Shown here: in pieces, positions 45,091-50,729 of the stretch
How positions within the stretch are numbered: position 1 is the first letter of the stretch
Layout: every line of letters starts with the position of its first letter
NCBI GenBank assembly: GCA_009845545.1
Contig: VXZK01000391.1
Coordinates: 1 to 50,729 of the forward strand
Reading direction: 5' to 3'
Source: Candidatus Poribacteria bacterium
Lineage (GTDB): Bacteria > Poribacteria > WGA-4E > WGA-3G
DNA length: 50,729 bases
Notes under the pieces: generated by a model
The model's input: the letters and a program-made list of their open reading frames with translations, nothing else
Database searches by the model: none
Told to the model about the DNA's origin: nothing
Program-made: the position numbers and the translations under genes

Positions 45091-46293
45091 TTACTTTTTA
45101 ACTGCGCCGAACGTAACGCCTCTAAGCAGATGCCCACGCATTAAGAAGGTAAAGACAGCGACAGGGAGTAGGAAAACAAACGTTGCTGCAGCGATTTTTC
45201 CCCAATCCATGCCTGCAGAACCCGTCGCGCTTGTAATTGAGGGCGGTGCGGTTACCGCTTTGCCGCCGACCTCCGTGAGCACCAAAGCAAAGGCGAACTC
45301 ATTCCACGCTGTAATGAGACAAAATACCGCAGTCGCGGCGATACCCGTAACAGATTGTGGTAGGATCACCTTCATGAAGGTTTGGAACCGAGAGTAGCCG
45401 TCAACAAGCGCAGCATCTTCATACTCCTTCGGAATTTCATCAATGAACCCTTTCATGAGCCATACCGCAAACGAGACATTAAAGGTGGTATAGAGCAAAA
45501 TCAATCCAAAGTGTGTATCACGCAACCCAAGCTTGCTATACATCAGATAGATTGGAATGACAACCACAACAGGTGGTAACATCCGCGTACTGAGAATAAA
45601 AAAGAGGAGGTCATCCTTACCCGCCACGTCGAATCGGGAAAAGGCGTAAGCGGCAAGTGTGCCAAGCCCTACAGCGAGAATTGTACTACCGCCACCAATG
45701 ATAATGCTATTGAGCAGTTGGTAGAAATACTTGGATCCGCCGTTCGCCAATGCGACACAAATAGCGATCGTTCCAAAGACACTCGGTAAAACAAGCGTCA
45801 ATCGCAGTTTCTTCTCGGTTTGTCCAACGATGCCGCCCGTTTTCTTTAGTGGGACCATCAAAAGATAGGCGAGAATTGTACAGACGATCAGGAGTAGGAA
45901 ATTGAATCGGGCATCCGTTTGGAGACGACTCTGCAGCGGCGGTAGACTTATGAAGCTGTAGAGACAGGTTAAAACGAAAATACTATTCCAGACCAAACCA
46001 AGATAGCGCGGTAACTTCGCCTTCAACAGAGAGAAAATGCCGAACAGGAGCAGCCCTATAAATACCTCCGCGAGAAAGAGATATGTTACGCCCGGCACCC
46101 CTTCTGAAGGCATCAACTTCTGATAGTTTTCCAGCGAGACCTTAAAAACGAACTTCGGAAGTTTCGTGGTAATGTCTGCGAAACCTTTCAGGGAGGTAGC
46201 CAAAATCCAGTAAATCGGGGTGATGTAGACAATCACAGCGACGGCAATGAAGGCAATTATGAGGTAGCGCGCAAAATTTTTCCGATCCCGCAT
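45091..46293 (-). CDS. Carbohydrate ABC transporter permease (MalG-like) with a ~120-aa multi-TM insertion
   Basis: 400 aa. The conserved ends are PIYWILATSLK...ENYQKL and NSIIIGGGSTIL...AAYAFSRF...EYEDAALVDGYSRFQTFMKVILP (EAA loop). Four extra hydrophobic helices lie between them. Confidence 0.85.
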   Translation of the reverse strand: MRDRKNFARYLIIAFIAVAVIVYITPIYWILATSLKGFADITTKLPKFVFKVSLENYQKLMPSEGVPGVTYLFLAEVFIGLLLFGIFSLLKAKLPRYLGLVWNSIFVLTCLYSFISLPPLQSRLQTDARFNFLLLIVCTILAYLLMVPLKKTGGIVGQTEKKLRLTLVLPSVFGTIAICVALANGGSKYFYQLLNSIIIGGGSTILAVGLGTLAAYAFSRFDVAGKDDLLFFILSTRMLPPVVVVIPIYLMYSKLGLRDTHFGLILLYTTFNVSFAVWLMKGFIDEIPKEYEDAALVDGYSRFQTFMKVILPQSVTGIAATAVFCLITAWNEFAFALVLTEVGGKAVTAPPSITSATGSAGMDWGKIAAATFVFLLPVAVFTFLMRGHLLRGVTFGAVKK

Positions 46294-46298
46294 TTTCC

Positions 46299-47174
46299 TT
46301 ATGTTTCTCCCTTAACGCTATTCAGATATTTCACGTAGATATTGCTCAGCGCAACGATAATAATGAGCAATATATATGCCATCGCGCACGCTTTGCCGGT
46401 GTTATAGTTCCGAAAGGCGAGTTTATAAAGGTTCATAGATACAGTCTCTGTGGCGGTGCCGGGACCCCCCTCACGGGTTAGAACATAGACGATGTCGAAC
46501 ATTTTGAATGCATCCATCGTTCGGAACAGGAGCGCGATGAGTAGAAGCGGGGATACCAGAGGCAGCGTAATCCATCGAAACTTGAACCAAGCGGAGGCTC
46601 TATCAACATCAGCGGCTTCATAGAGATATTTCGGAACAGCGCTTAATCCCGCCAAAGCGATCAGCATCATAAATGGCGACCACATCCACGTATCCACAAT
46701 AACAACAGCCAACATCGCCACTTTCGGATGGGTCGTCCAACCGATAGGTGATTTCAGAACCGGGCTGAGGAAAAAGTTCAGCAACCCAGAATTATCTGAG
46801 GAAAGAATAAACCGCCAGAAGAGTCCGACCACTACAGGTGATAGCATCATCGGCAGCAGGAGGAGTGTTGTAATGAAGCCTTTATACCGGAACTCGCGAT
46901 TCAGGAGCAAAGCTAACCCGAATCCGATAAAGAATTGTGCCGTTACCGCAAGTAATACAAAGTAGGCAGTCGTTTGAAAATAACCCCAGATTTCTGGATC
47001 TTCAAAGAGGCGTGCATAATTACGAACACCGATAAACTTTGGGGCTGCGGGCATTGAGGCTTTGTAGCGATGGAAACTCAGATACAGAGACCAGAGCAGC
47101 GGAAAGATATTCATTAAGATGAGCAAAATCATGGTCGGCATGATAAATGCCATCTTTAATTGGTAGTCGCTCAT
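46299..47174 (-). CDS. Carbohydrate ABC transporter permease (MalF/UgpA-like)
   Basis: Start set at MSDYQLKMAFIMPTMILL... The upstream 54 codons of the track ORF are translated octamer repeats. The EAA-like loop is YEAADVDRASAWFKFRWITLP. Confidence 0.85.
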   Translation of the reverse strand: MSDYQLKMAFIMPTMILLILMNIFPLLWSLYLSFHRYKASMPAAPKFIGVRNYARLFEDPEIWGYFQTTAYFVLLAVTAQFFIGFGLALLLNREFRYKGFITTLLLLPMMLSPVVVGLFWRFILSSDNSGLLNFFLSPVLKSPIGWTTHPKVAMLAVVIVDTWMWSPFMMLIALAGLSAVPKYLYEAADVDRASAWFKFRWITLPLVSPLLLIALLFRTMDAFKMFDIVYVLTREGGPGTATETVSMNLYKLAFRNYNTGKACAMAYILLIIIVALSNIYVKYLNSVKGET

Positions 47175-47262
47175 CCCACGCGACGTTTGATGTGGTTGGT
47201 TGATTTGCATATTTCTAACGAAACTTGTGGAAGTGCTATAGAATGGAAGTGCGGAAGGATTT

Positions 47263-47342
47263 GGAGGGAAGGGTGGAAGGGTGGAAGGGTCGGATAACCT
47301 CCAATCTTCCAATCTTCCAATCTTCCAATCTTCCAATCTCTA
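47263..47342. repeat. Two abutting octamer arrays in one 8-nt phase: GGGTGGAA x ~4, then AATCTTCC x ~5
   Basis: The sequence reads ggagggaa gggtggaa gggtggaa gggtcgga taacctcc aatcttcc x4 aatctcta. The GGAAG and CTTCC cores are mutually complementary. The array lies between the binding-protein stop and the permease start. Confidence 0.9.
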
Positions 47343-48665
47343 CTCGTCGTAGTAGCCCGCGTCCTCGAAGATTTCTTCGTGTTTTCGTGCGATAGCGTCG
47401 AGTGCATCCTTAGGGGACTTGATTTTGGAGATCGCTGCATTCCATTGGGTTTGGCAAGCCGCTAAGAGTTCGGCATATTCCGGCACTGCCCAGAAATCGC
47501 GAAGGTATGGGAAACTCGCAGCGAAGGCTTCGTTAAAGGGGGTCGCTTTCTTGAAGGTATCCGACTGCAACACCTCTTTGTGTGGTGTGAAACCGCCGAG
47601 TGCCGCCCATTTTTCTTGTACCGGTTTCTGCATAAACCATTTCATGTACTGTTTGGCAAGATCCTTGTTTTTAGAATAGGAAGAGATAGACATGCCTTGC
47701 CCACCGATACTAATGTAGTGTCCTTTCGGACCGGCGGGAGCGATAAAGAAACCGCTCTTATCATGAGAGATCTTATTCACTTCTGGATTAATCACCCCAG
47801 GGAAAAAGGCGAAGTAATTCATCGCCATCGCGACCTTACCAGAGTTGTAAGCATTCAGCGTTTCTGACCAATAGTAGTTCGGCGCATCCGGGGGAGCGAA
47901 CTGGAGCAGGTCGGTGTAAAATTCGAGTGCCTTCGTAGCATCTTCGGAGTTAAGGTGCCCAGCGACCTTATAGGTCTCGGCATCACCATAAGTACCACCA
48001 AAGCTCCACATCACCTGTTGGAAACCCATCGTAATACCGTCATATTCCTTGCTATACCATGTTGCGATACCGTAAAGATCATCGTCCGGACGCGTAAAAA
48101 ATTCGGCGATATCGCGGAGTTGATCGTAGGTTTTCGGGGGCGCGAGTGCGTAGCCGTACTTCTTCTTAAAAGCCGCCATCTCCTTCGGGTCTTCAAACAG
48201 GTCTTTCCGATAGACGTATCCAGCAGCATCCACCTCAGCGGGCAATGCCCAGTATGTGCCGCTGCCTTTCGGGTATTCCGCAAACGCTGTCATCGCGGGA
48301 CCGTAGATCGCATCTACATCAATATTTTCATTAATCCAGTCGGTTAGATTGATATAGTTTTTACCTTGAGAGTTCCGACCGAGCCATTGGCTATCACCAA
48401 TGACGATGTCATAAAGGTCGCTCTTCCCGACAAAAGCCGTGAAGACCTTATCTTGGAAATTCGGCCACGGGATTTGGATGACATCAACAGTTATTCCGGT
48501 TTCAGCGGTAAAGTCCTTTGAGAGTTCCTGTAAATAATTAGCCGGATCCCATTCTGCCCAAACGATGGTTAAGGATGGGGATTGATGGTTATCAGCTTTC
48601 GGCGCACTAACAAACGCAAGTGCAAGTATCAGTGCTAAAACGAGACTTATGTGAACACTTTTCAT
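47340..48665 (-). CDS. ABC transporter extracellular solute-binding protein (family 1, sugar type)
   Basis: Start at ATG 48665 behind ggagga. The signal peptide is MKSVHISLVLALILALAFVSAPKA. It is followed on the same strand by two permease genes, and no ATPase gene lies in the cluster. Confidence 0.88.
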   Translation of the reverse strand: MKSVHISLVLALILALAFVSAPKADNHQSPSLTIVWAEWDPANYLQELSKDFTAETGITVDVIQIPWPNFQDKVFTAFVGKSDLYDIVIGDSQWLGRNSQGKNYINLTDWINENIDVDAIYGPAMTAFAEYPKGSGTYWALPAEVDAAGYVYRKDLFEDPKEMAAFKKKYGYALAPPKTYDQLRDIAEFFTRPDDDLYGIATWYSKEYDGITMGFQQVMWSFGGTYGDAETYKVAGHLNSEDATKALEFYTDLLQFAPPDAPNYYWSETLNAYNSGKVAMAMNYFAFFPGVINPEVNKISHDKSGFFIAPAGPKGHYISIGGQGMSISSYSKNKDLAKQYMKWFMQKPVQEKWAALGGFTPHKEVLQSDTFKKATPFNEAFAASFPYLRDFWAVPEYAELLAACQTQWNAAISKIKSPKDALDAIARKHEEIFEDAGYYDE

Positions 48666-48749
48666 GTTTGCTTTCCTCCATATAAAGATCATGCAAGTTG
48701 TTATCAGCACCTGTTAAAATCTGACATACGGTTCGGTGCTTTACCAAGC

Positions 48750-48778
48750 ATTATAAGGAAACAGAAAAATTTTTGCAA
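48750..48778 (-). promoter_or_regulatory. Sigma-70 promoter TTGCAA-N17-TATAAT for the sugar ABC operon
   Basis: The minus strand reads ttgcaa(48778-48773)-aaatttttctgtttcct-tataat(48755-48750). Confidence 0.65.
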
Positions 48779-48849
48779 GGAAATTTGTTTGCAGTGCAGG
48801 GGCAGGCATCGAACCGACCGAACTGCATTTATCTAAATGGGTGTGTCTG

Positions 48850-49572
48850 TCAAAGTTCACCGATGCAGAACACGGTATTTTTTGCTTTTAGACTCCGAAT
48901 TTCGGAATAGTGGTAAACTTGGGTAACTTCTACGCCATTTTCAATGATGGCAGTGGGGCGTTCGATAACGAAGTCAGCGAAGTGCGGTGCGTTGAAAGCA
49001 ACGTAAGCGAGGCTGAACGTCTCAATCTGCCGATCATATCGCTTTGACAGATCTGGAAAGAGAACTATCCCTGTATCCACTTGGTAGATGCCCGCGTTTT
49101 CATCTATGTTCATCGTTTTAACCGGACACTCGATAATTGCCCGCTGATCTGTATGGGTATCCCATATTTCTGTGTGCGTTACGATGGGTAGACATTTTTG
49201 CGTCGCCTCAAAAATGGCTGCATTGCTATCAAGGATCTGGACCGGCGATGCCTCTCGAACATCAAACAGGGGACCTCCCCAATAATCCCGTGCCGGTCTA
49301 TATTCGACATAGTTATCGTTGCAGTAAGCATGCCTTCTGAATACAGCTGTATGTTCTTTGCCAAAAACAGGGAGGAAGTCGTAGTTTGGATTTATGAAGA
49401 GATTTTTCTCCGCAAAAGTGTGTTCACTCTTACACGAACCGCATTGGTAATAATCGCTGAAACTTCCATGTGTGTTATCTATGATGCGGCATCGAGATTC
49501 GACCCAAAAGCGCGGAGCATTCCCGTTGCCAACAGTGTTAATAAAAGAAAGTTCATAATCAAGACAATTCAT
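48850..49572 (-). CDS. Hypothetical protein (240 aa), no recognisable domain
   Basis: Uninterrupted ORF. Its ATG overlaps the end of the hsdM-remnant reading frame (aatcaATGAATTGTCTTGA). Cys-rich positions include CGSC. Confidence 0.6.
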   Translation of the reverse strand: MNCLDYELSFINTVGNGNAPRFWVESRCRIIDNTHGSFSDYYQCGSCKSEHTFAEKNLFINPNYDFLPVFGKEHTAVFRRHAYCNDNYVEYRPARDYWGGPLFDVREASPVQILDSNAAIFEATQKCLPIVTHTEIWDTHTDQRAIIECPVKTMNIDENAGIYQVDTGIVLFPDLSKRYDRQIETFSLAYVAFNAPHFADFVIERPTAIIENGVEVTQVYHYSEIRSLKAKNTVFCIGEL

Positions 49573-49687
49573 TGATTTTCCTTAGCGTCAGGATGTAATC
49601 TTTGTATTGGAAAGCGTCCATCCCGCCGCGGAGTTCGTCACAGCTCTGCCAGAGTGAAGCGTAGAGTTGTGATTTCTTTATTGCCAT
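49559..49687 (-). pseudogene. hsdM: Remnant of a type I R-M methyltransferase gene (hsdM N-terminus only)
   Basis: The 42-codon frame MAIKKSQLYASLWQSCDELRGGMDAFQYKDYILTLRKINELS* is not in the ORF track. The first ~35 aa match the very common HsdM start MAIKKSELYSSLW.SCDELRGGMDASQYKDYVL.LLF.KY. Similarity then stops abruptly. Confidence 0.7.
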
Positions 49688-49717
49688 ACCTGAATCCTCT
49701 TTTGTGATGGTAGAGGA

Positions 49718-49746
49718 ATTATAGCATCAACCGGGGAACAAGTCAA
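49718..49746 (-). promoter_or_regulatory. Sigma-70 promoter TTGACT-N17-TATAAT upstream of the hsdM remnant
   Basis: The minus strand reads ttgact(49746-49741)-tgttccccggttgatgc-tataat(49723-49718), followed by the Shine-Dalgarno sequence agagga and ATG 49687. Confidence 0.65.
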
Positions 49747-49796
49747 TAGGTTCAAGGCAATTTGTTTGCGTCAGCCACCCCATCCCTTAGCTTTTT

Positions 49797-49825
49797 TTGA
49801 CATCTCATATCAAAGGTGTTATACT
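49797..49825 (+). promoter_or_regulatory. Sigma-70 promoter TTGACA-N17-TATACT for the LamG gene
   Basis: ttgaca at 49797-49802 and tatact at 49820-49825. A 14-bp perfect palindrome CTTAACGCGTTAAG (49890-49903) lies in the leader. Confidence 0.65.
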
Positions 49826-49924
49826 TTTTGCATACCAGTTGGCAGATATGTTAAGCGTAGTCTCTCTACTACGTGTCTGCCTACCCACTCTTAACGCGTT
49901 AAGTATTTTAATAGGAGCCGAAAA

Positions 49925-50710
49925 ATGAAAGTTGTAACTGTTACATTTGCCTTGCTATTACTCATTGGACTCACCGCGCAACCTGTGCTATCCCAAAATG
50001 TTAGTGATGGAATCGTCGCGTATTGGGACTTCAATGAAAAAGGTGGCGATACTGCCACTGACTCGAGCGGCAACGGACATGACGGGAAGCTGATGGGAGA
50101 CCCAAAATGGACGGAGGATGGCTACTTCGGCGGCGCGCTTGAATTTGATCAAGACGGCGATGAGGTGAACGTTCCTTATCATGAGGATCTTAATCAAGAG
50201 ATCTTTACGATATGTGCGTGGGCAAACGTGGAACCGGGGAGCGCAAACCATCGTGCAGTTGTCTCTTCTCGTGCGGACTTTCCCCAGCGCGGGTTTATCT
50301 TCTACGCTGAACCCGGCAATACGTGGGAGTTTTGGATTGGTGCCGGAGCAAATCATTGGAAACCCGTTCGAGGACCAGATGTGAATCTCGGTGAATGGGA
50401 TCACCTCGCTGGCACTTATGCTGATGGTAACCATAAGTTCTACGTAAACGGTGAATTTATAGGAGAAGAGAATTTTGACATTGATGTTAATCCGAGCGAG
50501 GAATTTCTCATAGGGGCAGGCGGGAATGAACGTCCTACGCATACGTACCTTTTCAAAGGTATAATTGATGAAGTACGTCTTTATGATCGTGTGCTGGACG
50601 AAGACGAAATTGCAGCGGTAATGGAAAGCGATTCATTAGCTGTTGAAGTCGTTGATAAGCTGACAACGACGTGGGGCAAACTCAAATTGGGGATCCTCCA
50701 GGCCCGGTAG
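49925..50710 (+). CDS. Secreted LamG-like (concanavalin A-type lectin/glucanase fold) protein
   Basis: 261 aa with the signal peptide MKVVTVTFALLLLIGLTAQPVLSQ. Family motifs: VAYWDFNE..G.TA.DSSGNGHDG, FTICAWANV and IDEVRLYDRVLDEDEI. The stop codon TAG lies inside a repeat copy. Confidence 0.85.
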   Translation: MKVVTVTFALLLLIGLTAQPVLSQNVSDGIVAYWDFNEKGGDTATDSSGNGHDGKLMGDPKWTEDGYFGGALEFDQDGDEVNVPYHEDLNQEIFTICAWANVEPGSANHRAVVSSRADFPQRGFIFYAEPGNTWEFWIGAGANHWKPVRGPDVNLGEWDHLAGTYADGNHKFYVNGEFIGEENFDIDVNPSEEFLIGAGGNERPTHTYLFKGIIDEVRLYDRVLDEDEIAAVMESDSLAVEVVDKLTTTWGKLKLGILQAR

Positions 50711-50729
50711 GTTCGGTTTTGCGGCGTAC
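50704..50729 (-). repeat. Truncated reverse-oriented copy of the long hairpin module, cut by the window end
   Basis: cccggtaggttcggttttgcggcgtac is the exact reverse complement of 7960-7986 (gtacgccgcaaaaccgaacctaccggg). Confidence 0.85.

Noticed and set aside
47263-47342. CRISPR array interpretation of the octamer and heptamer arrays (also 9211-9287, 13531-13579, 29646-29673).
   Set aside because: The units are only 7-8 nt and directly abut with no spacers. No cas genes are present.
47171-47440. 89-aa ORF and the 54-codon N-terminal extension of the 46299-47336 ORF (MEDWKIGRLEDWRLSDPSTLPPFPP...).
   Set aside because: Both are products of reading through the octamer arrays. The permease homology starts at MSDYQLKMAFIM (ATG 47174).

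Overview
The window reads as chromosomal DNA from an uncultivated diderm-type bacterium; the phylum cannot be assigned from sequence alone. I saw no rRNA, tRNA, CRISPR array, transposase or integrase. All family assignments come from motif recognition by eye, not from searches.

Layout:
- 1-7.65 kb: accessory, defence-like island. A minus-strand operon sits behind a perfect sigma-70 promoter and encodes a 592-aa nuclease-like protein, an 887-aa DEAH helicase fused to a PD-(D/E)xK nuclease, and a DUF3644-like protein. Next to it lie toxin-antitoxin debris and an OGG-fold gene.
- 7.7-8.1 kb: hairpin-repeat elements. Further copies occur at 17.9 kb, 41.6 kb and at the right window edge.
- 8.2-22.1 kb: plus-strand housekeeping and envelope block. 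It holds a DUF1573-like protein, a membrane protein, secA, a Trm112-like gene, a GT4 glycosyltransferase, a CapD/PglF-like dehydratase, a PglC-like sugar transferase, sppA, a Clp1-like kinase and an MsbA-like exporter.
- 22.4-32.3 kb: pentapeptide-repeat protein, sigma-70 factor with an internal pseudo-duplication, larC, a thioredoxin-like ORF split by one in-frame TGA, an orphan MacB/FtsX permease, recQ and a GT2 glycosyltransferase.
- 32.7-37.4 kb: minus-strand sulfatase, TIM-barrel isomerase, UbiA prenyltransferase and a LarA-like gene.
- 37.6-41.5 kb: two secreted WD40 genes, the second carrying a frameshift.
- 41.7-44.6 kb: two tandem PhyH-HEAT fusion paralogs.
- 44.7-48.7 kb: a small membrane protein and a sugar ABC operon with an octamer-repeat spacer.
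- 48.8-50.7 kb: an orphan 240-aa ORF driven by the promoter and first 35 codons of a decayed type I hsdM, then a LamG protein.

Best candidates for something new:
- The methyltransferase-less nuclease/helicase/DUF3644 operon at 1-6 kb.
- The TGA-split thioredoxin-like ORF at 26.4-28.0 kb, a candidate selenoprotein.
- The hsdM-remnant cassette at 48.8-49.8 kb.
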